Positions 36,838 to 50,229 of a DNA stretch of 64,000 nt are shown piece after piece (the stretch's first letter is position 1; each line of letters begins with the position of its first letter). Source of the stretch: Heteronotia binoei (taxonomy: Eukaryota); contig NC_083224.1 in assembly GCF_032191835.1 (NCBI RefSeq), forward strand, positions 42,842,001 to 42,906,000, read 5' to 3'. A program made the translations under genes and the position numbers. The notes beneath the pieces were generated by a model. The model made no database searches, was not told where the DNA came from, and saw only the letters and a program-made list of their open reading frames with translations.

Positions 36838-39232
36838 TGTTTTATTTATTTATGTCAATATATTTCTATTCTGCCCATTCCCCGTAGGCTCAGGGCACAG
36901 TACAGCATATGATAACACAATAAAATACAATAAACACTTTTTTAAAACAGACAGCTCAACAGCACTCAGAGAAGCTTACCATATCACAGATTGCCCAGCC
37001 TGGCCATCTCACATCATGATATCTCATAGAGATGGCAGATGATAATCCATTTTGTAACACAGGTGACAGTGCCAATAGGGGAGGCCAACCAGATCAAGAA
37101 TAGACGCCCACAGCCTCAACTAAAAGCCTGGCGGAACAGCTGTTTTACAAGCCCTATGAAAGGCTAATAAGCCAGGTAGGGCCCGGATCTCTGTAGGGAG
37201 CTGATTCCACCAGGTCAGGGCCAGGACCGAAAAAGCCTTGGCCCTAGTTGAGACAAGGCAGGCGTCTCTTGGGCCAGGGATGGCCAACAGATGTTGGGAG
37301 GCTGAACGTAATGACCTCCTGGGCATATATGGAAGGAGACGGTCCCACAGGTATGTTGGTCACAGGCCGCAAAAGGCTTTAAACATTAGAACCAAAACCT
37401 TGAAGTGGATCCGGTACTCAATGGGCAGCCAGTGCAGACTGCGGAGTGCCGGCTGAATGCCCACCTGTAAAGGTGGTGCAGTCAGCAGGCGAGCCACCTC
37501 ATTCTGCACCTGCTGCAGTTTCTGGATCAATCTCAAGGGTAAGGCAGCGTAGAGGAGTTACAGTAGTCTAGTCTGGAAGTGACCATTGCATGGATCACTG
37601 TAGCTGGGTCCTGGGGGAAAAGATATGGTGCTAGCTGCCTGATCTGCCAAAGATAACAAAAGGCAGACCTGGCAACCACCGTGATCTGGGCCTCCATGGA
37701 AAGGGAGGCATCCAAGGTCACTCCCAAGCTCTTCACCTGTTGGGCTGACACTAGTCTGGCATTGTCCAAAGCTGGGAGCTGGATGCCCATACCCACCCCA
37801 CCCCGACTTAGATACAGGACCTCCATCTTAGCTGGATTCAGCTTCAGCCGGCTCTGTTGTAACCACCCCGCCATGGCTCCCAATGCCTCGGACAACTGGT
37901 CAGGGGTGGCAACAGGCCGGCCACACATCGACAGATAGAGCTGGGTGTCATCAGCATATTTTGGGCAACCCAGCCCAAAACCTCGGGCAATCTGGGCAAG
38001 GGGGCACATATAGATGTTAAATAATACTGACGAGAGAATGGCTCCCTGTGGCACTCCACATATAAGTGGATGCTGCAAGGAAGTCTGCTCGCCAAGCACC
38101 ACCCTTTGTCCCTGTCCCCGGAGAAAGGAAAACCATTGTAAGGCCACCCGTCGAACTCCAGCAACAGCGAGGCGGTGAGTCATAAGGTCGTAATCGACTG
38201 TGTCAAATGCTACTGACAGATCAAGAAGTATCAGCAGCGCATGAACAATAAGATGCCAGAAAGATGTTGGAAATGTAAAAAACATGAAGGTTCTTTCTAC
38301 CATATGTGGTGGACTTGTGAAAGGGCAAAAAAGTATTGGCAGATGATTCAGCAAGAAATTTCTAAGATCTTGGGATATGAATTTAAGAAAGTTGCAGAGA
38401 CTTTTCTGTTGGGATTACAAATGGAAAAATTTCCAAAAGAAGATAGAACTGTAATTTGGTACTTGCTTTCAGCTGTTAGGACATTATATGAGCAGTTGTG
38501 GAAGCAAGAAAAAATACCAGAGAAATGGGATTGGATTATAAAAGTTATGACATGGAGTGAAATGGACAAATTAACAAGAATATTAAAAGGCTATGATTTA
38601 GAAGTTTTTAAGAAAGAGTGGGAAAAGTTTAGAAGATATGTAGAAAAAGAGTGGAAAATAAAAGGACATTGGACCATTTTTGATAATGATTAAGTTTTAG
38701 AAAGAAGAAGAATATAAATTTTTGTTTTAATAGTTAAGGGTACCTTTAAATATTAGCATTTTAAGTAAGTAACACCAGCGGGGGTCAAGTAACGGGGGGA
38801 GGGTTGGGTAGAAAGTAATATATGGGGTAGATAAAAGAAGTTATTAAGATGTAAGAAATAGATTTGTTACCATACGTTACCAATAAAATTGTTTTAACTG
38901 TAAGAAGTATCAGCAGCACTGACCCGCCCTGATCCAAGTGCCGTCTTAGGTCATCTGTGAGAGCGACTAGGACAGTCTCCGTCCCATGGCCTGGGCGAAG
39001 GCTGGACTGGAATGGGTCCAAGGCGGATGTCTCATCCAGGAAAACCTGTAACTGCTCTGCCACTGCTTTCTCAACTACCTTACCCAGAAACAGTAAATTC
39101 AAAATTGGGCGGTAGCTGGCCAAGACCCCAGGGTCTAATGATGGTTTTTTTCAAAAGCGGACAAACCACTGCCTCCTTCAATTTCCCTGGGAAGGTCCCT
39201 GTTGAAAGGGACAAGTTTACAATATCAAGTCC
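36838..39232 (-). mobile_element. L2-type LINE (RT plus 3' end), interrupted by an L1 fragment
   Basis: ORFs 37533-38354 and 38785-39123 contain LLDLSVAFDTVD, GVPQGAILS, YADDTQLY and YRPILNLLFLGKV. Confidence 0.9.
38239..38901 (+). mobile_element. 5'-truncated L1 (ORF2 C-terminal Cys knuckle plus 3'UTR) nested in the L2
   Basis: Encodes ERCWKCKKHEGSFYHMWWTC, ends near AATAAA, and has a 16-bp TSD aagaagtatcagcagc at 38223-38 and 38902-17. Confidence 0.92.
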
Positions 39233-40344
39233 CTGATTTTAAAAGTCGGGGGGCTTTTTAAAAAGTCAGGGGAAACCCTTTCCCATCCATTATGGGGCTT
39301 GCTGCTTCTCAGAAGCTTTCTGGGGTGGGGGCAGAACCTGGAGGCTCTTAAAGTAGCCAAGTCGAGGCAGCCAATCCTAAAACTTTGGAGGCTAGAAGGG
39401 ACTGCAACATGCATGCAAGCATGGGGGTTTCCTTCCACCTCCCTATCCTCCCCCCAGGTGCTTTGCAGCCAGCAGCTCTGTCCGTCCCCACCCCCCAGCC
39501 CATTCCATGCAGCTTCCTCCGCCTTCCATACCTCCGCTTCCTTCCTCTCCACCTGCTGCTTTTGCTGCTGCAGTGCACTGTGCCCTTGCTCAGCTCTCCT
39601 GGCTCCGGCTGCCACCGGTGACGTTTTGCCATCTCAGCCATGGCAAAGGGCGGGGGGAGAAGGCTGCACCCCAGAGGACCTCCAGGAGTTGGGGGGCCCT
39701 GTCTGGAAGTCAGGGGGCAGAGCCCCCACAGGCCCCCCCTGTGGCTACAGGCCTGCTCAGCATACGCTCTTTTCTGTGAATGATTGTTCTCAGTATCAAG
39801 CAACGCTGTATAAACTGAAACAGACAGCCGTGAGCAGCTGTTGCCACAGAGCTGTGACAGCAAGGTGAGGAGGGGGGGGGGACTACAATCTTAGCCGTGT
39901 GTGCCTAACACATGGCCATTAGCAGCTAGCAGCAGCTGATGATGTTTTGTGGCTCCCACCCGTGATAAGCACTGCTGGCCATTTTACAACCATGCACCTG
40001 CATAACACTGCTTCAGTAGCCTCCATCTCTTCTGCCAGCAAGTGACATGCTGCAGCAGGTGTGGTGTTTCCATTCTCCCCCTGCTTCCTTCCATTCCCCC
40101 GCTTCATAAGCAGCACAGAGCATCATGGTACCCCTAAAACCTCTCCCTGCCCAAGAGCCCTGTGTCTCTCGAAAGCGTACTGTGACACATCTGTGAACTT
40201 GAAAAGTTGCACCTGATCAGCCTGATGCCTTTCCTGTCTTTTCCCAGGTCCTGCTTCTGTGCAATCCACACAGCAAAGCCTCCCTTCTCTGCTTTGTCAA
40301 TGGGTTGCACGTTCTCACCTTGAGATGAATGGAAATGTTAACTT

Positions 40345-40464
40345 GGAATGTGGGGGGGGGGGGGAGTCAAAAAAAGAAAAAGAGAAACAACTTGATGCTT
40401 GTCCAAACCTACTCATGTTTATACTGGAGCCTGGGAGTGACATCAGAGCAGGGAAGAGTATAAA
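40345..40464 (+). promoter_or_regulatory. CCN5 proximal promoter
   Basis: TATAAA at 40459-40464, CRE-like TGACATCA at 40438-40445 and TEAD-type GGAATG at 40345-40350, just upstream of exon 1. These are motif matches only. Confidence 0.6.
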
Positions 40465-40554
40465 CACTTGCAGGACTTTACTCGCAGACTTTAAAAACTG
40501 CAGACACGCTGCTGTCTCCAAACTGCCTGGGGAGGGATGTGCTGAAGTGTCAGA

Positions 40555-40602
40555 ATGAAACTCCAGCTTCTCTTGATCTCCTTCCTCTGTCTTCTTTCCA
40601 AG
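40555..40602 (+). CDS. CCN5: CCN5/WISP2 coding exon 1 (signal peptide)
   Basis: ATG at 40555 encodes MKLQLLLISFLCLLSK, followed by the donor AAG|gtaagg at phase 0. This matches the human WISP2 exon-1 end (LLCLLSK|V). An in-frame stop lies upstream and a TATA box about 95 nt upstream. Confidence 0.93.
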
Positions 40603-43284
40603 GTAAGGAAGCTGGGAAATGTTAGCTTAGACAGTCAGAACCTCTCCCCCTCGCCTCCTCCACTTGCAAAGCAATTTATAATCAAGCAAGGCCAGTCTGG
40701 CAGCTATAATATTTTTAAGAATCTCTTGAATGCTAATGTTCTGTAGTGTGGTTGCTTAGCCTAGTATCACATGTCATGGAGAATGGGTGATTTGAGAACT
40801 AATTTGCAAAAAGACAGCTTTTAAAAATCATTGCCCAAAATACACAGTCCTTTAGTGCCAGTGGTCCAATATTTTGGTGGACCTCTTACATCTGGTTCTT
40901 CTGCATTCATCATGCCAGTAACTCAGGCATGTGCTTATGTTAGCTGAAGATCTTGCATAGCAATCAATTAAATAGTTTCTTCTGCACACTTAGTCCTCTG
41001 GGTTACAACCTACAAAGGCAGGCGGCCAAGCAGCTGGCATTATTTTTTGAGATTGCTCAATCGTCCAACTTTCACTCCAGAAGTCCTTAGAGGCACATGT
41101 ACAGCTGATGCCTCCTGCAGGCTTGGGCTGGATGAACAACACTGCTCATTTAAAGCAGACACACAGACCCCAAAAACATTTGAACACTTGAGTTTTCCTA
41201 CAGTTTTTTGGACTCCTGCTGAAATTCCAAATTTTGTACACATAGGAAGTGCTGAGATCATTGCTATTGCATGTTTGCTTGAATTGCTGTGATCTGTGAC
41301 CAGAGAGTCAGTGTTATCTGAGGATACAGCAATCTGTAATAAATAAGAGAAAGACAAAATTAATTAAACCTAGGGTTGCCAGCTCCAGTTTGGGAAATAC
41401 CTGGAGATTTTTTTTTGGGGGGGGGGTTGAGCCTGGGGAGAGCAAAGTTTGGGGTGGGGAGGGACCTCAGCAGGGAATAATGCCATAGAGTTCACCCTCC
41501 AGCACAGCACTTTTCTCCAGTGGTTCTGAGGTTGGTTGTCTAGCAGATCTCCAGGTGCCGCATGGAGGTTGGCAACTCTAATCAAAATGTACCAAAACTG
41601 CATATTTGCATGTAATTGGAAGAAGGGAACCTACCAAGATAAATATCTCAACTTTTATGATGATTCTGTTCTAATAACTGTGGCACTTTAATCCTGGACA
41701 AAGACCAGGGTAGATCCGGGTTTTCTAAACCATGGTAGCCACCTGTTTGGCCTAGGATGCCAAACAGAGACAATGTTTACCTGTGAAAGTGTTCACTTGT
41801 TGGCAAACAAAAGAGAAAAAAGAAAAACACTTTCTCTGCTTCTCAAGTAAAGCAACAGCCCCTCTACACACGTTGTCTAACTCAGTAAACCTTCCAGGGG
41901 ATCCAGCTGCAAGTAGGTTTCTCCCCCATCCCCCACCCCCGCACTGATCTGAGGCCCCTACAGTAGTAATGCTGCACTTGTTCAGGTGAGCAAAAGGGGC
42001 AGATTGGAGGCCCTCCAATGGAGGGGCTATACAAATGGAAAGGGGGTGTTGAATGGGGTGGCCTGCCCCCCTGGGCCCCCCTGTAGCTACAGGTCTGCCC
42101 AAGTTTACTGAAAAATTTGTTTAGTTTTGGTGTGGCCCTGATCCACGGATTTAACTCTCCACAGATGGGAGCCACACATGGCTAACTCTATAAAGATTAT
42201 ATCAGGCCAGCGATATCCAGTTGCACATTCACAGAAGAAGTGGGTGAGCAGCTTCCCCTAGCTTGAACACAGAGCCTGAATAAAGCCTTTTATGAATTCA
42301 TAAGTAAAAGATCACAGCTTGTTTGCCCCAGAATGGATGCTGTTGAAAAGCAGTTTTTCTTCCCACTTCCTTACACCATTGTGAGATGGGACAGTCCATG
42401 TTGACAGGAAAGTGCAAGGCATGGTCCTGCCTCTACTGGCACCATCCTTCCCATCCTAGTCTCCATGGTGGCCCTTATAGCACCAGGAGGGCATTTTCCA
42501 CAAATGGTAATCAAAAGGTAATTGACATACCAATATGCTGGGCACCCACCCCCAGTGGTGCAGGGTTGGAGGAGGAAAATCTGGGGCAGGGAAAATGCAA
42601 GGAAGCTTGCTATGCAGATGCCCCAATTCACAACCACAGGAAAGTGGACCCAGGTGCAAAGGACCAAAGTTACAAGCCCAATGCATTTGAGAACTATTTA
42701 GGTCAAATCACTGCTTGCCTACTCACCTAGGTCAAGCAGGAATCGTTTCCAGACAATAAAATGTTCCCTCCCCCACTTTAGGCTTTATTTGTCTACTGCA
42801 GTTATGAGTGGGCAAGAGAACTAGTACAAACATAACAAAAAAATGGCCAGTGTTACTTGTGAACGTATTTGTGAATATAAGTTGGCAGTTGCCACCTTTC
42901 AAAGTCTTCCTCAATAGTCTGAAATGCTGTGCTTGATCTTATGACAATGACTTAAATCATTTCATCTTGACAAAAATGGAAGTGACTGCAACACCCCCCA
43001 GAAGAGCACACCTGAGATTTTTTTTGCAATGCATTATTCAACCAGCCCCAGCTGCCACCGCTAGCATTGCTATAAATAATATTTATAAATATTTATAGTA
43101 ATAGTTGCAGAGATACTGTGTTTTGCACAATGCGATAGGCTAGAAAGTAGGCCTGATGAAAAAGCCACTGAAATATAGGCAAAATGTCCTTCCCCGCTGC
43201 AGCATTTGGCAATATCTGCTTTTTTATCTGGTTTTAATCTTATCCTCCCCCAACAAAGCGTGGGGCCGCATACATGGCGTTCCA

Positions 43285-44231
43285 GAGGGATGGGCATGAA
43301 CCAGCTCATGAACTAAAGTTCATGATGAATTTTGGCCAGTTCATGGTTTGCAAGCTGAAATTTGTGGCAGGTCAACTGGCACAAACTTTCCATAAACTTT
43401 CAAGTAGTTTGTGGAGGTTTGTGCCAGTTCATGAATGGATACCTTTCCAGACAGTCTCCACTCAAATAAAATGTTTACCCAATGTCAAAACAACAGAGGG
43501 ATAGTGGAATTCTCTGTCAGTTTCAAACTAGTTGTATTGGTTTCAAGAGGGTCCCCCATTTTGTCTGCGTTCCCTTCCTATTTCCTTGCACAGAGCTTGC
43601 AAAATCCTATCCCCCTTGCTTGGATTTGTGACTCTGTGCTTTGACACCAGTCCTTTTAAGCTGGCAATGCCAGTGACACTGGGTTCTCCTGGGCATTCTG
43701 TGATTTCCCTGGTACTGTTGAGCACTCTGTACATTGCACTGGTTCTGCTGGGCTTGCAACCCCTCCCCCCGCTTGGATTGTGAGTCTGTGCTTTACATCA
43801 GTCCTGTTGAGCTGGCATTGCCACATTGGCACTGGGTTCTGCTGAGCACTAATACATTGCACTGGTTTTTCTGGGGTTGCAAAAATGCCCTCCATCTTCA
43901 GTTTCTACTGAAGAGATTCTCTGGGACTTATGGGATTCTGTTCTGCTGGGCTTCTATTGCCCTTGCTTTTTAGCTGATTCCTCCCCTCCATTGGAAACAA
44001 TGGAGGATGGGGGCACCTTCTGTGGGGGACTGTAACTCTGATCCCATAAATCCAATTCTCATTAAACTTGGAGGGCAGATAGAGGAGAGTGAAACAGAGA
44101 TCCCCTGTGAGTTTGGTGTCTCTTGTATACTTTGGGGGGGGGGGTGTGTTCTACCATGCCATGAAACTCACAAACCATGCACACTACAAACCATTAACTG
44201 AACTATATTTTCCAGTTTGTGCCCATCCCTA
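43285..44231. mobile_element. Non-autonomous hAT element in CCN5 intron 1
   Basis: Termini agggatgggcatgaac/gtttgtgcccatcccta and an 8-bp TSD gcgttcca/gagttcca. Confidence 0.8.
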
Positions 44232-45169
44232 GAGTTCCATTCCTCATTTTATTCTCACAATAACCATGTGAGGATGATTCTTATTTAGATATTTATATCC
44301 CACTTAAGCAGTTTAGCACAGCTGTCTCCCTTCCTCTTGCTTATCCTTACAACAGTGAATGCTATTATGAAGTAGGCGACATGGAGCAACAAATTACACA
44401 TTACATTTTTCCAAGGCTTTTTTTGTAGCAGGAATTCCTTTGCATATTAGGCCACACCCTCTGATGTAGCCAGTACTCCAGGTGCTTATAGTAGACCTTG
44501 TAATAAGAGCACTGTAAGCTCCTGGAAGATTGGCTATATCAGGGGGGTGTGGCCTAATATGCAAAGGAGTTCCAACTCAAATAAAGCCCTGCATTTTTCA
44601 CATGGGGTCTTGCAGCCATATGCCAGCTGCAAGTTGCTCATGGGAAGCATGGGGGCCATTTTGTTTGGAATAGCTGTATGGGTGGGAAGGCCTTCCTTCC
44701 TGCACCATTTTCTGGCTCCACAGTGGTGCTGGAGGGCATTATTTGGGCCATCGAGGGGGGGCTGCACACAGATGCCCCTCCTCCAAAACTGGGCGCCTTC
44801 GCTTCTAAATAAACCTCCCATGAGCAACTTGCATCCTGCTGCAAGTCCCTGTGGCAACCAAGTTGGCAAATGTGAAGTATACTTTGACCCTAAGAGAGAG
44901 TGATTGGCCCAAGATCACCCATCAAGCTTCCATGGCAGACTGAGGGAACAAACTTGGCTCTCCTGAATTCTTGTCCGATTGTCTGACCACACCTCCTTTC
45001 AATGTATTTTATGACATCATCTCATCATTCATTCTATGTATGTGTATACAACTGATTTGCAACTGATTTATTGGAGTCCTTGTAGGATTTTCAAGGCAAG
45101 AGGTGGTGATTTGCCACTGACTGTCTCTGCATAGTGACCTTGGACTTCCTTGATGGACTCGCATCCAAG

Positions 45170-46330
45170 AACTCAAGATCTGAATCCAGTAGATCAACAA
45201 TCTTTCAAAGCTTCCTTCATCAGACATCTGAAGCTTATACTCTGGAAATCTTGTAGGTCTTTAAGGTGCTACCAGACTTGAATTTTGCTCTGCAGACAAA
45301 AGGTATTCCACTGAACAAAATCTGTGTCTGGATTTGCACTGTGTGTCTCCATTACCTTAACTGGATCAGGGCAAATATTTTGTGAGTTTCTGGGGATATG
45401 TATTCCTGCTGTCCATATAATGCATACAGCAGGGAGTTGCATAAGCTATTTATCTAGTACTCCTTGCCTGGAATTTAAAATAAAGCTGGAAAGGTTTGTA
45501 CTTTTTAGCTCTGCCTTTGCTTTTAGCTGTGCCAGCAGACAGCAACTTCTATGTATGGAATGAGGATGAATTCTTGCATTTTCTTATGCAGACCTACACT
45601 TGTTAAAGCTGCAGAATAGTTTGACTGGCAACACACTTTGTGCAGATATCTGCTCGAAAAACTGTCCGTTTCCTGTTATGGTAGTTTAATTGCTCAGCAT
45701 ACTAGAACCAGTGGTCAATAATGAGAATAGGAAAAAGGTGGTTTTTGCAAAATTTTCCAGTTTGATTTTTGTTCTATAGATATTATCTTTGGCTATGCCT
45801 TTCTTGTGTTATCTTCGAGTCCAGTGGCACCTTTAAGACCAACAAGGTTTTATTCTGGATGTAAGTTTTCTTGTGCATGCACACTTCTTCAGATACCCAA
45901 GAATAAAACTTGGTTGATCTTAAAAGGTGTCACTGGACTCAAACTTTGTTCTGCTGCTTCAGACCAACATGGCTGCCACCTCAATTTATGTTATTGTTAA
46001 CAAAAGTCCAAATGCTTACAAGTGCAGCATGATCCTCACATATGCCTCATTTTTTTGCTCAATGTGTTAATTTTACTATTCTGTCATTGAATCCTATATT
46101 TGTATCTTTACATTCTAAATCACTGCCTATCAGATAATTTTACTTCACTGTCATTGGTTCTTAAATCTGTACCATTTTGCATTCTGGGCCACTGCCTACC
46201 AGCTATGTATGGCTCTGCTCACTGTGCCAGATTCCTCGTCCCATGAAGTGTGCTTAGAGAGCACACGAAAGCTTACGTTCTGAATAAAACTAAGTTGGTC
46301 TTAAAGGTGCAATCGACTCCTATTTTGTTC
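45170..46330. mobile_element. Cluster of Penelope-like pseudo-LTR fragments (about 45170-45300, 45810-45990, 46040-46330)
   Basis: Recurrent aataaaac..gttggtcttaaaggtgc..gactc segments and CTGANGA...GAAA hammerhead-type cores. Confidence 0.65.
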
Positions 46331-47734
46331 CATATGCCCCAACTGTCCGTGTTTACCATCAGATCCCTTTTCCTGATACTTGTCCTTAGTACATTATTGC
46401 AGCACTGTTGCTGAATTGTGAACATGCCTATTTAAAACTGTGTTCATTTGAGAAGCTAGAGCTGCAGGGTCCAGCTCACTCTCTGGACCCTCTGGAATCA
46501 TTCCGTCTCTAAATAGGGGTGAGTGATGAGGAATACATCTTGTTTATATAACACATGCATATAAATATATACACATGAATACTAGCACATGAACCCATGA
46601 ACATGCATGAAGCTGCCTTATACTGAATTAGACCATTAAGGTTAGTATTTGTCTACACAGACTGGCAGTAGCTCTCTATCATCTTAGGCAGAGGTCTTTT
46701 AGATTACCTGCTACCCTCTTCTTTTCACTGGAGATGCCAGGGATTGAATTTGGGACCTTCTGCATGCAAAGCGGAGGCTTCTTCCACTGAGCCACAGCCC
46801 CTCTCCTACTACTGATGTATCATGCTGTGCCCAGCCTGCCATTTTAATACACTGCAATGGTGCAGAATATAGGCAGTGCATAGTTTATGGGTACACAATG
46901 AAACCACTTTGCTGGAGCTAAGTAGTCAAACTATCTTTTTGGGTCAGTCTTGATGGGAGACCACATGGAAATTGATGTTACCTTCCACTTCAGAGAAGAT
47001 ATTTTTACTATAGGAAATTTATCTGTATATCTAACTCTGAACTTGGCCCCAGAGTGTGGATCGAAAAATCTGTACAATGGGGTCAGGTATGGAAGAGGGA
47101 GATGTTTCTATAAATCTTGGGGAAATCCCAGGCTTGCTGAAAAAGCTTAATTTAAAAGAAATGAAGGGATAACATAAAGTAAGTTTTTAAAGGTTGAGGT
47201 TTCGTGAGATTAGCTCACAAGATCTCAGAAGGCATTTTGGTTGCCTAGACAACAGTGGAAATTGCAGTTGCCTTGGTAATACAATCTAGATGCTGTAGAG
47301 GAGAGTTGGACAGGCAAAGAGGAATGGGCTGGTACGAAAATCAACAGAGGAAATGGTAGAGGGAAGAAGTAAAGCAACATTAGAGAAATTAAAGAACAAT
47401 GAAGTGGGGGATGGTGAGAGAAGGAAGGAGTGCAGGGAAAGTGACAGATGAGAAGGCAACTAAAAAGGTGAGAGGGAAGGAAGAACATAGGATGGTAATT
47501 ATTCATATGAAACTTGAGGGATTACAAACGTTTCCTTATTTCAATGGTGAAATCTTAGATTTAAGACTGGTTTTCCAAGCCAATCTCTGTATGCTCCTCC
47601 ACATGAAGAGAGGTGGGTGGAATCAGAGACAGGGCTTTTTCAGTAGAGGAACCTCAACTGCGAAATGCCCTCCAACCAGAGAAGTTCTCCTGGTACCTTA
47701 CCTGTTATCCTGAACACGACTGATGAAAATAACT

Positions 47735-48560
47735 TTTTAAAATAGTTTTTTTAAGGCAGACACAATATAGTACAATACATCATACAGCAGACAATTGTAT
47801 AACCTGTATCTCAGGTCAAGCAGTTTCTAAGTAAAATATATATATCAAATATTGTCAAGATTCAGTGAGATAAGCAAGCCATAAACAATTAGTTCAAAAA
47901 AGGGCATAGCCACCTATATCTGAATGATATTAGACTGTTTTCTTTTCCCAGTCATCTGCTACTTCACAATCAATCCATTCATTCTCTTGTCCTACAAATT
48001 TGAAAGCATCAGATTGGGTACCTAGCTCTATTCTAAAAATCGAAAAAGGGCTTCCAAAAATCAGAGAAGCAAGCATGTTTTGCATCTTTCAATTTAATAA
48101 ATTCAGTCAATTTAGATAATTTAGCCAACTCCCATCGTTTATTTGTCCAAGTTTTAACATTTTAATTTATTTCCTTTTCCTAGTTTTTTGGCAGCCATCA
48201 ATAAATCAAGAACCACACTTTACAGATGCCTGTCTAGGCAAAATTCCCTATAATAAACATTTATAACTGTTTGCTAGGGTTATTCCTAGCATTCATTTAA
48301 TTTTTCTACATCCCTCCAAAACTTCATAACTGCCAGACATTTATAAAACATGTATATCGGCAACTTGTGGTCTGGATTTCCAACAGAATACATCGTTCAC
48401 ATGTAAATTTGATTTAATTTCTGAGGTGTCAAATGCAATTTTATTTGCCTGTTGTTTAGTAACTTTTTAAAAAATCCTCTTTGTCAAACTTTTAGGGTAT
48501 TTCATTTCCCAATACCTTGCATTTTGTTCCCTGTTGTTTGTGTACTGTTGTTGATTGTTT
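47735..48560 (-). mobile_element. Decayed L1 3' fragment, antisense in CCN5 intron 1
   Basis: T-rich 3' end and minus-strand similarity to the L1 C-terminal region at 38241-38693. Confidence 0.6.
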
Positions 48561-48993
48561 TACTGCAATCTGCTAATTTTAATTCTACCACATTATTGAT
48601 ATCAAGTTTATTGTAAGCCACTTCACATTGAATTGAGAAAAGCTGAATAAGCAGAAGGCCAATCCCTCAAGGGTTGTTACTGCAAGTCTGCAAATATATT
48701 TTAGCCCTCTGTCTGAAAATGTATTAAAATATTTATAATGCACTTTTCTCCCCAGTGGGTCACTCAGTGAGCTTCCATGGTAAGATGAGGATTAAAACCT
48801 AGGTCTCCCAGACCCTAGTCTGACACCCTAAGCTCTTCTTTACTCTTGCAATTCTACCTATCCCTTTCAAGGGGGCTTTGTGCAGGAAAATGCTATATTC
48901 AGGCGTACCCTAAATGTGCCCCTAAAAACATGATGAATGCAGATGGCACTTTCCCCTATCCCAGGTTTTTCTTTGTCTCTCTTTTCCATGCAG

Positions 48994-49219
48994 GTGTGTG
49001 CTCAGCTCTGCCAGACTCCATGCTATTGCCCTTGGCTCCCTCCCCGTTGCCCGCCAGGCTCCCCCTTGGTCTTGGATGGGTGCGGCTGCTGCAATGTTTG
49101 TGCTCGCAGGCTGGGAGAGCCCTGCAACTACCTTCACGTGTGCGATCAGAGCCAGGGTCTTGTCTGTGATTACACCACTACTCCTGGGGGGAGAAGAGGA
49201 GGAGGAGGCACCTGCAATT
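48994..49219 (+). CDS. CCN5: CCN5 coding exon 2 (IGFBP domain)
   Basis: Acceptor ttttccatgcag|GTG. Encodes [44 protein letters not shown]...TCN with the GCGCC motif. Donor T|gtgagt, 226 nt, phase 1. Confidence 0.97.
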
Positions 49220-49627
49220 GTGAGTTGACTGACATCCTTTCAGAGGGCCTGGATATCTCCTGCTTTTACAGCTGATCTCCAGCTGGCAGAGATTAGCTCC
49301 CCTGGAGAAAATGACTGCTTTGAAGGGTGGACTCCATGGCATTGTATCATGCTGAGGCCCCTCCCCTCCCCTCCCCAAACCCCACCCTCTCTCAGATCCA
49401 TCCCTGAAGTCTCCAGGTATTTTCCAACACAGATCTGGCAACACTATGAAGCATAAGGGTGTGGGGTGTTGTAGGGTTGCCAGCCTCCAGGTTGGGCCTG
49501 GAGATCTCCCACTTTTACAACTGATCACTAGCTGACAGAGATCAGCTCCCCTGCTTTGAAGGGTGGACTCTGTGGCATTGTACCATGCTGAGGTCCCTCT
49601 CCTGAAAAGAGCAAGTTTGGCCTAGTG

Positions 49628-50229
49628 CAGGGGTGTCGAACTAATTTGTTATGAGGGCCGAATCTGACATAAATGAGACCTTGTTGGGCTGGACCATGTT
49701 GGGTTGGGCCAAGCCATGTTGGGCCAGGCCATGTGTGCACCTATTTAAGATTAGGTAGCAGAGAGAGAAATTTTATAAAGAACACAGGCAAACATAAATT
49801 TATACTTTAAAAAAACTTAAAATATTAGCACTCAATGGTCTTAAAGATGCTTTCTTTGTATTTCTCCCATGGGATCCAGGGAACTGGGCAAAGGAAGCTC
49901 TGGCTCTTTCCTTCCTTCCTCAGGGGACTGGGGCAGGGGAGGAGCCTCAGCCAATAGAAGGGAGAGGCTCGGGTCAGTAGCTCTGCTGTGCAACTGAGAG
50001 AGCCTGGCAGAGCATGCTATTTCTCCCCCCCCTTCCTCCCCAAGGGAGGAGCCTCAGGTTTTGCTCTGTAGCTCCTGTGCAATCGAGCAAACCTTGTAAA
50101 GCAAGCTGTTATGCAGAAGGAAGCAAGAGAGAGGGAGAAGGAAGCAGATGGCAGCTAGTTGCTTGGGGGCCTGATGGGAGCCCTCCAGGGTCTTGATTCA
50201 GCCCCCAAACTGCATGTTTGACACCACTG
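49628..50229. mobile_element. Non-autonomous hAT (Charlie-like) element in CCN5 intron 2
   Basis: Termini caggggtgtcgaac/gtttgacaccactg and an 8-bp TSD gcctagtg/gtctagcg with a central CTAG. Confidence 0.8.

Noticed and set aside
1-40000. ADA exons expected upstream of CCN5 from mammalian synteny (and KCNK15 downstream)
   Set aside because: No matching peptides (e.g. VELHVHLDG) were seen; these genes probably lie outside the window.
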